A model generated the notes under the pieces. It made no database searches. It was not told the origin of the DNA and saw only the letters and a list, made by a program, of their open reading frames with translations. A DNA stretch of 61,282 bases, filler included, from Collodictyon triciliatum (lineage: Eukaryota), in assembly GCA_043381765.1 (NCBI GenBank). It is 4 parts of 4 records of this genome, joined end to end, with 100 filler letters (N's around TTAATTAATTAA, not from the genome) between each part and the next. Parts side by side here need not be neighbours in the genome. Positions count along the whole stretch, not along the records: positions 16,630 to 41,536 come from JBHJMP010000606.1; 3 more parts are not named here. One strand, written 5' to 3'. Each line of letters opens with the position of its first letter. Position 1 is the first letter of the stretch. Shown in pieces: positions 23,503 through 39,914 of the stretch. The position numbers were made by a program, and so were the translations under genes.

Positions 23503-26500
23503 CTAGACAGAATCCGGGAGGCGATACATGAGCGAGCGCGTCTCGCTGAAGGACTCCTTGTAGGACCGATACTTTGAGACGCCGGAGGGACTCACGGGTG
23601 TGGTGGACGTGGCTGTCACGGCGGTCTGCGGTGCGCTTTCTCTCTCCTCGTCGGTGGAGCGTTGCATCAGGACAAAGAAGAGGATGAGCATTGTGACCAC
23701 GTTGACCATGATGATGAAGGCAGCGAGCCACTCCTGATTGTCCACAAAGGAGATGAGGAATGCGAGGATGATGGTCAGCACCTGCGCATTCAGACTCCAC
23801 AGCTCCATCCGGTTGTCTCTCTTGGAGATGAAGGGCTTGTGGCGGATGTGCACCCAGACGCTCGCCTGGACGGTGCGGGAAGAGAAGATGGGGAGAGGAA
23901 GGTTGGCATCTTTGATAGTGCGCTGTGTTTGGTGGGGTATTGGAAAGAACTAACAGGAGGGAGATGGGACGATGAGAGAAACCTGAAGAATCAACACAAT
24001 CAGGAACGAGAATACGGCAGAGTCTGAGTATGGCACAAGGCCCATGACCAAGCCAAGGAGCAGTTTGCGTAAAAGGACAACCAGTTCCCAGTAATAGTAT
24101 TCCTGGATGAGTGTGAAAAGAAAATGTAATGGAAAAAAGAAAAAAGAAAAGAGAGTGTAATGGAAAAAAGAAAAAGAAAAAGAAAAATTAGTAATTCAGG
24201 ATGGGCGGTAGGGACTGCAGTAGCGGTGTATGCTGTTATGAGTTGGCATGGACCCCGACAGATATTCAAGGAAGAAGGGAATTAGAAGACAGGATGTACT
24301 TTACAGAGTGATGATGGCACAAAACTCACGTTTCGGTAGCAGGCAAAAAGGTATCCGTACTTCTCCTTGAACAGCTGCTGCGTGTACGTCTTTCTGTTGC
24401 GGAATAGTGTGTATGCAACAAGCAAAGGATATCCAAACACATGAAGTATCATCAAGGGAATGGCCACTGCGTACATGTCCGAATATTCGGACGAAGCAGG
24501 TTCGCATTGAATCCACGGGTAGTTTGTGAGATAGTTGATGTTTGAGGAATCGCTCGTTGTGCATCCAATGACTCCGAATGACCGACGCGCAACATCGAAA
24601 TACATCAAATGGAAAAACCCGGCCGTGATAGACACAATCTAAATACAGGTTGATATGAAAGAGATACAGAAGAAGAAAAAAGAGACCAAAGCCTCGTAAA
24701 ATGAAAAGTATTTGAACTTCTCGAAGAAAAAATACTTTTTGTAAATAGACCGTCAAGATACATACACTTGCGCGGCTTATACTATGCCAAGAGTACATGG
24801 AAAAAAAATTACCTTTCTCCAATTTTCAGGGGACACAAACAAAGAGGCAACCAAAGAAGCTGCGAGGAACGCGAAAGAACGAAGGCCGCTAACTAAAAGA
24901 TTCAAGTATGGCGATGAAGAACCGTATGTGCATTCCTACAAAAATAAAAAATAAAAAATTAGGCAACAGTATATATAATAAAGAGCTCAATCAGATATTA
25001 TAGACGCATGAGAACTTGAGCATATAGAAGATAATCCAATCTAAATATCAATTTTTATTTTTATTTTTTTTGCTTTACTAAACGAGTCAAAATTGGTAGG
25101 ATAGACCCTGTTTTGAATTTGGTCTTACCCTTGCTGGAAAAACAAGGTTGGAAACAGGGGATAGGACCTCTACAAACTGAGTCACAGAAATGGGTAAATT
25201 CAATGTGTTCAGAGCCAAAATCGTCAAGAACTGGGCGTGGGCCACAGTCAGACGGAAGAGGCCCGATGTTGGAGCAGGCACAACCCACAACGCATAAATA
25301 TAAATCCCCAAGAAAACGACGACAACGATTGGTCCAAGAAACTCTATTCCCGGCAAGCATTCACGACAGTCTCGCCCGAGTCTGTGGAACCCGTTGGAGC
25401 ATTTGGAACAAAGGCGATCCTAAGAGAAGTAAAAAAAATGCGCACAAAAGAAAAACACAAGCGATACCCGAAAATAAAAAATAAAAATAAATAAAATAGA
25501 AAGAAAATTGTAAGTGCACCAAAAGAAAAAAAGGCAAAAAGAAATCACGCATTGCACAATTTAAAAACAAAAAAGAAAAAGAAAAGAAAGAGAAAAAAGA
25601 AAAAGAAAAAAGAAAAAGAAAAAGAAAAAAGAAAAAGAAGAAGAAAAAAGAAAAGAAAAAGAAAAAGAAAAAGAAAAAGAAAAGGAAAAGGAAAAGGAAA
25701 AGGAAAAAGAAAAAGAAAAAGAAAAAGGAAAAAAGAAAAGAAAGAGAAAAAGAAAAAAGAAAGGAGGAAAAGCGAAAACGAAATTGGAGGGTATAGTTCT
25801 CATACCGTTCATATCGGAGAGCATATTTGAATGTGAAAATATTATTGAAAAAGGTTGGAAAAAAACCTCATAACCCTCGGCACATTCAAATTCTTCCTTG
25901 TTATCAGGATTGCATGCCCCTTGTCGGAGACACGGATCTACCGATTCAGGTGCCCTTTGATTTGGGCTCGGGTAGCATCCGCTAACGACTACACCGCCTG
26001 GACATGTGCATTCTGAGCTGCACGAGACACATTGGTTTCCTTGGCCCACAGTTCCTGGGACACACATGCAGAAAACATAAGAATAGTACTCTGGATCCAT
26101 GAAAGTAATCAAATTGCGCTCTGTCCCCACAATTTGAGGGCAGTAGTACAGCTTTCCAGCTGGATACTGCAAAACATTTTCAGATATTTTGAGAAATGAC
26201 GGAAGCTCAGGGTTCTGTGGGTTCGTTGCACGCAAGTTTGTGCTTCTGAAAGAGATGACATAAAGACTATTTGCATTCGCAAGAGATTCAGGAATTGAAC
26301 CACTAAGGGGATTTCTCGAAAGGTCCAGGGATTTCCACAAGACTTTCTCGGGCACATCAGAGATGGATGTCAAGTTATTATCAGAGAAATCGATTTCATC
26401 CAAATCACTCAGATAGCGTTGGGCAGACGTAGAGAATACTCCCGAAATAGTATTGTTTTTGACATTCAATATTTTCAAAGGCAGTCCTGAAGAGTTTAAA

Positions 26501-29410
26501 CTAGAAGGAATGAAATTAGCGATATTATCCACGATTTGGTTGTTGGCCATCGACAGAAGAACCAAGCGGGGAGACTCCAACAGACGAGGGGAGATGGTTC
26601 CACTGAAAAAATTATTGTCCAAAATGGCCTCTCGCAAGAGCAAGAAGGAAGTTAGATAAGCTGGTAATGTACCAGAGAATCTGTTATACCCGATGTTCAA
26701 GGAAGATATATTCATCATTTTGTTTAGTGGGGATATGTCTCCTTCAAGAGTGTTGTTAGATATGTTCAAGGTTATCAAGTGCTCGTTCAGATTGGCAGGA
26801 AGAAGCCCAGACAACTTGTTATCTGCAAGGCAGAGGAAAACCAATCTTTGTAAGCTTTGGAACGATGGTATCGTTCCGGTCAACATGTTTGCTTGCATCG
26901 CTATGTACGTCAAACGAGGTGAGAGGCTGAACGAAGGTACCGTCCCGACTAACTTATTGAATGACAAGTCAATTTTCTCCAATGATGTAAGTTTCCCAAA
27001 TGTCGGGAGTTCGCCTTCAAGAGCATTTGAAGATAGATCTAATACTCGAAGATTATTGAGGTCAAAGTCTGGAACGCTTCCAGAGATTTTGTTTCCTCCC
27101 AGATATATTTCCTGCAGCATGAGCGCACTTTTGAATAATGGGAGTGAGCCATTTAAGAGGTTATTTTTTAGATTGAATCTAAACAATGCGTTGAATTCAT
27201 AATCGGGTACAGTCCCAGAAAAATTGTTTGATTCGGCATCAAAGCGGGCCAGAGAGCTGAGACCTTGATAAACCGGAACCGGCCCAGAGAATCTATTTCC
27301 TGAAATTGACAACTCCTGTAGTGACTTTAAGATATTAAAGACGCATGCAGGTCCGATGAGCTGGTTGTGGGAAAGGTCAAGCTTGACCAAAGCAGGGAAA
27401 TTGATATTCTGGACACTTCCTTGAAGCATATTGTTCGAAAGGTTGATTTCTTCTAACGTAGGCGAGCTGGAATTTTGGAAAATCCCGATGAATCGGTTTC
27501 CAGATAAGTCGACTCTGACAAGAGTTTTGAAGGCGGCGGCATCTGGGACCAAGTCTCCGATTGTATTGTTTGCCAGGTATAAAGTCCGAATTCTGGGCAA
27601 TGATATTGTTTTTGGAATGCTGCCGCCCAGCAGGTTGTTGTTTATATTCAGCTCCAGAAGGTCAGGCATGGAGCACTGTTCGTTGAAAACTCCTTGGATT
27701 CGATTGCTTTGAAAATATAAATATTTGGTGTTGTAAATGTTTTTGAGCTGAGGTAAAAGCCCTGTTATGTAGTTGAATCCAAGATTAACATATTCTGGAG
27801 CCCTTGTATCTTGTTCATCCGAAAGGACTGATGAGAGTTCATTGTTATAAAAATCATAATAATTCAACATGGGAGGCGCGTAGTAATTTGGAAATGAATC
27901 TCTGAAAAGATTGTTTGAGCCAATTACCGTTTTTATGTTGGGAAATATCCCTAGATCTGGGAAGCCTCTTGTCAATCTATTGTTGGAAACATCTAAAAAT
28001 TCAAGGTCAGGCATCTGAAATAGTGGTAGAGATTGGGTGAATGTATTATCACTCAAGTCAAGGTGTTTGAGATTTGGTAGGGAATCAAAGCCAGGAACAG
28101 ATCCTATTAGGAAGTTTCCAGATATTGACAATTTTTCAAGAAATGGGAGATTCAGGTTGAACATAGTCCCTGTGAGCTTGTTTCCTTCCAACGAAAGGTC
28201 CGATAGATCCTGCAGCTTTTCAATTGGGACCGCAGCTGAGGCCAGTTGCCCAGACAAATTATTGGATACTAGGTTAAGAGAAACAACCTTGCAATCGTCC
28301 AACTAATTATTTATTTTTTTTAAGAAAAAGAAAAAACAGAATTACATATATTTTCGATTGAGACACTCCAAATTTATTTCTTACAAGTATGTCATGAGCC
28401 AAACATCGACAACATAATAAATTATTACGACTATAACTGAATATTATCGAAAAAGGTATAATTCCACCTCACAGTAGGTCTCGTTACAAGCATTACAACG
28501 AACACCCTCCCATTTGCAGTAGCAGACCGTGCGATTTCCCCAGTTTTCTTTTCTATTCCAATTTGTACCATCCAACAAGCTGTAGATACTCTCTAGAGCA
28601 TCGTAAATATCAGACACTCTCTTTCTCTGCGCCAGGGCCATTTGCTTCTCATCAGATATTATCGACCGGAGCACATAAGGGTCTGTATGAAAGGTGGTGA
28701 CAAGTAAAATTGTAACAAGTTAAGGAAGTGAAAACGGAACTGTAGCAAGTGAAGGCTTCTTTAATTTTTGTTTGAGAGAAAACACTACAGCGTATGTAAC
28801 AAGTAAAAACATCGAAGTTTCGCCTTTAAAGACTTTCTTGAATTGATCTAGTACCTTGGTGAGCCAAAGCCTTCAACATTTGAATAGCCTCGGATCGAGA
28901 AAGATTATCGATGCCATAATCGAAGCCGATGCCCACTTCGATTCTAGGTCCATTTTTGAGTTGTTACAAACTGATAAAGGGATAAAAATCTGAACTGATG
29001 TTCACCATAGTATTTAAGCGCGACGATATGCTCTTTGGTAATTTTAGATTTTTTTTTTGTTTCAGCAAAAAAATATAAAAAAAAACACGGAAGGATGGAA
29101 ATTAAACAAAGAATTTACGAATAACGTATACTATTCTTTTTCTTTTTCTTTTTCTTTTTCTTTTTCTTTTTCTTTTTCTTTTTCTTTTTCTTTTTCTTTT
29201 TCTTTTTCTTTTTCTTTTTCTTTTTCTTTTTCTTTTTCTAGATCGAGAGCCAAGAAAGGCGAATTCTGCGTTGGAATAGAAAGAAAATACGGGAATGGAG
29301 GAAACAGTCCTTTACAGCCGTATTTACCCAAAGGATCCAACTTCGTCTGCATGCACGGCTGAACAAAGGAGCAAATAGACGGTAGAGGCAAACAGCAAAC
29401 GACTGATCAT
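23503..29410 (-). CDS. Receptor-like protein: signal peptide, LRRNT, long plant-type LRR ectodomain, Cys-rich region, about 7 TM segments
   Basis: Exon 1 MISRLLFASTVYLLLCSAVHA; ALESIY..LDGTNW..ENW..YCKWEGVRC cap; a 2.4-kb LRR exon with LxxLDLSxNxLxGxLP repeats; CAEGYE-DRLCSKC; TM region with YGYLFACYR-EYYYWELVVLLRK and HKPF..DNRME motifs. Confidence 0.88.
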
Positions 29411-30473
29411 TCCTACGTATAATCGAAGTCACCTCGGCAACTTCGTCAAAAATACCGGCCGAAAACTCCAGGGTTGCTTTTCAGTCGTGCTTTAAAAACA
29501 TGAAATTACAAGCAACAAATGATCAACAATCGGGGAGGAAAAGAAAATAAACACAGAGAAGAGACCAAGTCTGTAATGCTCCAGAACTCTTTCATGAGGC
29601 ACACTTTAGACGAAGCCCATAGTGCGGACAACTGTGCGCATACGCGAAGTTGTGTTGGGTGTACTCGGCTGTTGGGTGTTTCCCGCTGATCGGTGCGTTG
29701 ATCGCGACTCAATTCCAAATCCCAATACCCCCCTAAAAAAACACGTCAAGAAGCAGGTATGGCGAAAATACTCGACGTATATATAAATATGGAAATTATA
29801 GTGAATTCATTTACTTGATACTTCAGTTGTAAGATAATATATGTAGACAATCGCATTTGTACAATACAGCATTATTTAATAATATCATGGAAATCAATAC
29901 TACCTAAGCACTTTTCAACGATTCTTCATTCAATCTGCCCAAAAACAGCGCTGTTTTCCCGCCGATCAAACTGGTCTTCTAATCTCACGATTTGATGCGT
30001 CAAGTCAAGTCGCCCTTCACCCAATCCGACAGAAAGAAAAGAAAAAGAAAAAAAGAAAAAAAAAAAGGGGCACATAACTATGGAGCCAAAGTCGCTCGTT
30101 CTGGCATTTGGATCACACCCATGTTCTCTCGGCATGTTTGTTTCCCTTTTTTTCTTCAATATATAGATTATCAACCCGATAGCTTTCGAACGAAGTTTTA
30201 CCAAAAGGCCATTTGCCTCTGCCTGGGTTGGGTGTTTGGGCAGTCAAGTCCAAGAAAATACGAAAGATAAAACAAAATAAAGTAAAATAATTCAGCATAT
30301 TTATATATTCGCTCACACGCGACGTAGATCAAGCTTCAAGCCTGGTATCACTCTCGTATTGTTGGGAGAGGATATTGTGTAAATATGGCACAGGAGTAAA
30401 ACCAACGAAGGGAGATCTTCAAATGTTTCTCAAAGCTTCTTTTTCCATTTACTCAGGGCAAAGGACAAACGAA

Positions 30474-33400
30474 ATGGCTCATGCGAGTTCTCCTCGTGTC
30501 ATGACTGCAACTGCACCGACACCACCGATCCTTGGAAACCGTAAATACTTTGAGACAAACCCTAATCTCAGCGAAATCCGTCGCTGGTTGGATGGTAACG
30601 TTGTTAAGGAGAAACTGGAGGCTATGAAGCGCTTGATTGCCGTGAGTATCACCATTTAACCCTTTTACTCATCTGTTACAAGTCTAATATATATTACATT
30701 ACGTAATATTTATTTAATACCAAAAAATATATTTTATTGGCTTACAATGGCACGATCACAACTCATTCACCCGACTAACCTCTTACAACAGATGATGTCC
30801 AAGGGGGACGATGTCTCTGAGTTCTTTGCAGAGGTTGTGAAGAATGTCATCTGCCCTTCTCTCGAGGTCAAGAAACTTGTCTACACATATCTAGTGCACT
30901 ATGCGCCTTACAAGCAAGACTTGGCTTTGTTGTCGATTAATACGTTCCAGAAGGTTTAAACTATTATTTATATCCTCATATCCCGCATTTTGCAATGGTT
31001 CATAGTATAGCCCGCTGTAACCATTTCCTCAAATATCTCTGGGATTTAGGACATGACCAACGAAAACCAATTGATTCGCTCGATGGCCCTTCGTGTTTTG
31101 TCCTCAGTCAGGGTTCCATCCATATCCCACGTATGTATTTTTCTTTTCGTATCGCTTCATATCGTGCTCGGGTATTCATTATACGTCCCCTTGTATTGCT
31201 CATATGCTCCATTTGTCAAGATATTCCATCTCCCTTTGATGGTATATGGAGGGATGAGTAAATCACTCCTCTTTTATCTTCTCTATGGAAATATACACAT
31301 TTTGGAGGTTTGCGAAGGTATTATTGGTTGTTAATCTATGAACTTTTTTCATAACACCGTAGCTTGTGGCTTTTTCAATCCGAAAAGCAACGTCCGATGG
31401 CTCCTTTTATGTTCGAAAAACAGCAGCCTTGGCCATTCCAAAAGTCTATGCAATCGATAAATCGCAGGAGGAGGACTTGATTGACCTCATCTCCACACTA
31501 TTGGCCGATCGAGCACTTAACGTGGTGTCTGCCGCGTTCGTTGCATTTTCACAAGTATGTCCCCACCGACTGGACCTCCTTCATGCCCACTTTCGTAAGG
31601 TGAGATACTCATTATTTTTTCTCCTCATATGTTTGTAAAGTAATTAAAATTCGATTGATAATGCACAATGGAAACTGATGTTCGCTCAATCAAAATCCAC
31701 TTTCTTAACTAAACATCTACATCCTGCGGTACTTATTCTTTATATTCATGTCTTACTAACACGTATTTTTTTTTATTATTGCTTGCAACTAAACACTCTG
31801 TAAATAGGTTTGTAAGTTCTTGGCCGACATGGATGAATGGAGCTTGACAATCATCCTTGATATTTTGACCCGATATGGTCGCACTCAGTTTATTTGCCCG
31901 CAAGACAGGGTAATACAATATCTCCCGATAACTACATGGGCAATAGCTCATACATTGGATTATTGATTTATCCATGTATTATGCCATTCTTACTGAGTCT
32001 GTATAACTGAACGATTAACCGTTTCTGTGTAATCTGAATTTTTTATTGATAGGATACAGCCTCTCAGTCTCAAAAATCTGGAAAGGATGACGATGATTAC
32101 TTCTTGGACTCGACAACTCTCTCTGATCTGGATCCAGATCACAAACTCCTGCTCCAAAGTGCTGCAATGCTCCTGCAGAGCCGAAATTCGAGTGTGAGTT
32201 TGTCAATCGCCAATAATCATCTGTGACTCTGGATACAATTCGATGTCGTATTGATAGGCCATCTAATAACGTGTACAATATGGTAAATTTCTTGATGATA
32301 ATTAATCTTCCAATCAACTGAGGTTATCAGAAACTTAGTCAGAGCATTGAAAAAATATTTAGGTTGTTCTCAGTGTCTGTACACTACTTTTTTATTTGGC
32401 TCCGCTTTCTGAAAATCATCGAATTGCTAAGGCGATGATACGCCTCCTAAAATCTCGCAAGGAAATACAACATGTCATTCTCATCAATATCGAAGCGATG
32501 GTTAAGGAGCGCAAGGTACACTTACCAATTATTTGAATACATAATGTATACATCGAATATGTCGTTTATTATGCATTACAGGTATGTGGTGGTCAAGAAT
32601 ATATGCTAATCTAACTTTTCACTTTTTTTTTTGTTTTGTTATTATCGGTCTGTTACATTCAAAACGACGACGGCAACAACAACACCACCAAAAAAAAAAA
32701 AAAAGTCCATGTTTAATCCACACGTCAAAGAGTTCTTTATTCTTGCCACTGATTTGCCTCATGTCCGCAGTCTCAAATTGGAAATACTAACTCACTTGGC
32801 AGATGAATCAAATATCACGATTATTCTTAAAGAGCTGCAGGTGACTGATTAATATATAAATGTCATTGATATACTATTTCTCATATATATTATTAAATCG
32901 AACTCTACATACAACCAGTCCTACATAAAAAATTCGGACCAGAGTTTCGTTGCTGAAACCATCCAAGCAATTGGAAAGTGTGCAAGTCGTGTACCTAAAG
33001 TTGCTAATCAATGCGCTGGTGGGCTCCAAAGCCTCCTTTCAAATCCCTCTGGTTTGTATTTTTCCTCTGTTATGAAATACGTTTTCAACTTACAAATACT
33101 CAAAAAAATAGTGAGATATCTTTATCATTGGGATTTATTTGCATTGTTCCTGGAAGTAAAGGTGTTTTCCCTTTCTATTTTGTAGAACTGGTCAAGGCAG
33201 AGAGTATTGTTGTGATGCGACAACTTCTGCAATCGAACTTGGAAATACATGATGGGATGATTAAAACACTTGCAAAGTTGTATGATAAAATCGAGCTTCC
33301 TTCTGCCAGGTAATGGATAAACCATCTCGCTTAATTAATTATAAAAAAAAAAAAAGAAAGGATATGGTGGTTACATTAATTAACAATTATCTCTATTTCC

Positions 33401-34867
33401 TCTTAGAATGAGCATTCTCTGGGTCGTGGGTGAATACGCAGAGAAAATACCACAATATGCACCCGACATTCTTCGAAAGAGTCTAAAGAATTTTGCAGAT
33501 GAGGTTAATTATTGATCGCACTATTACTGCAACTTTCGAAACTATACAATTTTTTCCCCCATATCTTGGGGGAAAAAAAAAATAACAACCCTGTATGGTG
33601 AATAAGACTTCCCATATTTCTTGCTTAATCCAACTGAACTGTCCGATGGTAAGGCAAACTTGTTTCTCTCAATCTTAGGAACCGGGGATTAAAATGCAAA
33701 TTTTGAACCTCGCACTAAAGCTCTATTTGAAATCCCCTGAAGTTGCCTCCTTGATGTTTACCTACGCATTGAATCTTAGCAAATATGATACAAACTACGA
33801 TGTTCGTGACCGAGCTAGATTTATTCGAAGGGTTTGTGATTATCAGAGCAAAATTTACATTCCTTGTCTAAGTCATTCAACTACCTATGAACCTTATTTT
33901 CTTTCTTGAAATTGACGCAAACCCTCCACCCCTTCTCTTTCCTTTCTTTTCAGATATTTATGAACAAATCTACCCAAGTCAAAACCCTCCAGGAGATGTC
34001 AGGTTTGCTCTTCTTGGGAGAGAAGCCTGCTCCCTTAGCTCCAAGCGAGGAAGGTTTTTGCACTCTACTTTTACTACATACTTCAAAGTAATTATATATT
34101 AGTTGAGTTGGTCAAATATCAACTGCTTTGGGCTAAGAATGATACTTCTGTGCCCTCTTGTTCATCCTCCTCGGTTTCTGTATTCCATTCTATAATTGTA
34201 ACCAATCCAAACAAACCAGATACTCCCCATTACACATACGGTTCTTTGAGTATGCTTGTCGATCAAGAAGTGAATGGGTATATCACTCTCCCTAACTTCC
34301 CAGAAACCGCTCCTGATTCGTCTGTTCGTGATGTGGTACGAAAAAATAATAATTTAAAACTCGCGCTTACAGTGGCCTGCGTCGACGGAATAGAAAAAAA
34401 AACAAGAAAAGTATAAAAATGATATATTCTTATTTGTTTGAAAAAAGTATATGCAACTCCAGATACCAAAAGGATTCGAAGAACCTGTACCGAAGACTCC
34501 ATCAAGAAAGCAAGGCTTTTATGGTAAGTTTCGTCTCCATGATTCATTTTCTTTCGTAACACTTGCGCTTATGAATGTCTTCAAATCAGATGATGTTGAG
34601 GAGAGTGAAGATGGTGACAGCGACGATGATGATGATGATGATGACGATGATGAGGATGAGGATGAGGATGATGACGATGATGATGATGACGAGGATGAGG
34701 ATGATGACGATGACGAGGATGTGGATGATGAGGGTGATGAGGATGACGATGATGATGATGATGATGAGGAAGAGGAAGATGATGAGGATGATGAAGAAGA
34801 CGAAGATGATGACGACGACGAAGATGATGACGACGACGAAGATGATGACGACGAAGATGATGAATAA
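30474..34867 (+). CDS. AP3B: AP-3 complex beta subunit (beta-adaptin), many exons, ending in about 90-aa Asp/Glu tract
   Basis: [91 protein letters not shown] and [33 protein letters not shown] are typical AP3B motifs. An upstream exon is possible. Confidence 0.93.
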
Positions 34868-36108
34868 TCATACGCACCAGAAAAAAAGAGTCGGACCTCA
34901 TCGTGGATACTTTCGGAAAATAATCATATTCAAGACGGCTCATTACTTTTGTTTCCTCTTTCTTTTTTCTTTTTTCTTTTTCTTTTTCTTTTTTTCTTTT
35001 TGACCCTTTTTACCTTCCCAGCATGTGTCCTCAAATACACCAAAATTATTATGTCTCCTTTCATCACCCAACTTAAAAAAAGAAAGAAGAAATTCCCAAT
35101 AAAGACGATATTACTTGCATCCAACCAAAAGCTATATCCATGCATCAATAGAGAACGGGGAGCAATTCATGATTTTTTTCGGAGCTGTATCTCCCTAGAT
35201 TATATTAAACAATGGACGAATGTCACGTTCGGTGGCACAAATGCTTATTTGTCGTTCGTTCTGCGATGATATTTTGGAATGTAAAAGACACCATCGTGGC
35301 ATATCATCCATGGGTTCCCTTTAATACAGAAACTCACCAGTGTAAGATTTGCTTGCGAGAGAAAAAAATCTGCTCTCATTTTACTTTTATGTCAATATGA
35401 TTGCTGATGTTAAGTATCACAAAATGTTATTGGCTACTCACAAATCAGTCCTTAACTTTAACTTTTGCTTTTGCATACCGCCCTGTTCTATACACGCCGA
35501 ATATACAAGTGCGGAATCCTCAAGCGTCATTATTCAAAATCATTTCAATACTAGGCTCGGCAGACCAGTTCCAANNNNNNNNNNNNNNNNNNNNNNNNNN
35601 NNNNNNNNNNNNNNNNNNNNNNNNNNNNNNNNNNNNNNNNNNNNNNNNNNNNNNNNNNNNNNNNNNNNNNNNNNNNNNNNNNNNNNNNNNNNNNNNNNNN
35701 NNNNNNNNNNNNNNNNNNNNNNNNNNNNNNNNNNNNNNNNNNNNNNNNNNNNNNNNNNNNNNNNNNNNNNNNNNNNNNNNNNNNNNNNNNNNNNNNNNNN
35801 NNNNNNNNNNNNNNNNNNNNNNNNNNNNNNNNNNNNNNNNNNNNNNNNNNNNNNNNNNNNNNNNNNNNNNNNNNNNNNNNNNNNNNNNNNNNNNNNNNNN
35901 NNNNNNNNNNNNNNNNNNNNNNNNNNNNNNNNNNNNNNNNNNNNNNNNNNNNNNNNNNNNNNNNNNNNNNNNNNNNNNNNNNNNNNNNNNNNNNNNNNNN
36001 NNNNNNNNNNNNNNNNNNNNNNNNNNNNNNNNNNNNNNNNNNNNNNNNNNNAGAATTAACTTTTTTTAAACTACACTGGTTTATTTCTGGAGTTTGTCTT
36101 ATTTTCAG

Positions 36109-38943
<2,835 letters not shown>

Positions 38944-39914
38944 TTCCATTTGGGCTCGTGTGGGCCGGTCAGGATTGATTTTACGGCCTCATTCTGTGTT
39001 GCGGCCTTTCGGTTCAGTCAAATACTTTGGCATCATCCGCTAGAGTTGCCCGCTGTCTCTCGCTTTTCCCTTCTTTTTCTCTTTTTGCTCTCTTCTTTTT
39101 TGCTTCTTTTTTTCTTCCCTTTTTGTCTCCTTTTTCTATACTTTTCTTTCTTTTTGCAACCTCCTCAACTTCAACACAAGTTTCTGGNNNNNNNNNNNNN
39201 NNNNNNNNNNNNNNNNNNNNNNNNNNNNNNNNNNNNNNNNNNNNNNNNNNNNNNNNNNNNNNNNNNNNNNNNNNNNNNNNNNNNNNNNNNNNNNNNNNNN
39301 NNNNNNNNNNNNNNNNNNNNNNNNNNNNNNNNNNNNNNNNNNNNNNNNNNNNNNNNNNNNNNNNNNNNNNNNNNNNNNNNNNNNNNNNNNNNNNNNNNNN
39401 NNNNNNNNNNNNNNNNNNNNNNNNNNNNNNNNNNNNNNNNNNNNNNNNNNNNNNNNNNNNNNNNNNNNNNNNNNNNNNNNNNNNNNNNNNNNNNNNNNNN
39501 NNNNNNNNNNNNNNNNNNNNNNNNNNNNNNNNNNNNNNNNNNNNNNNNNNNNNNNNNNNNNNNNNNNNNNNNNNNNNNNNNNNNNNNNNNNNNNNNNNNN
39601 NNNNNNNNNNNNNNNNNNNNNNNNNNNNNNNNNNNNNNNNNNNNNNNNNNNNNNNNNNNNNNNNNNNNNNNNNNNNNNNNNNNNNNNNNNNNNNNNNNNN
39701 NNNNNNNNNNNNNNNNNNNNNNNNNNNNNNNNNNNNNNNNNNNNNNNNNNNNNNNNNNNNNNNNNNNNNNNNNNNNNNNNNNNNNNNNNNNNNNNNNNNN
39801 NNNNNNNNNNNNNNNNNNNNNNNNNNNNNNNNNNNNNNNNNNNNNNNNNNNNNNNNNNNNNNNNNNNNNNNNNNNNNNNNNNNNNNNNNTTTTTTTAAAA
39901 TTTTCTTGGATCAG

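Noticed and set aside
34575..35003. Poly-Met (+) and poly-His (-) ORFs
   Set aside because: Alternative frames of the AP3B Asp/Glu tract.
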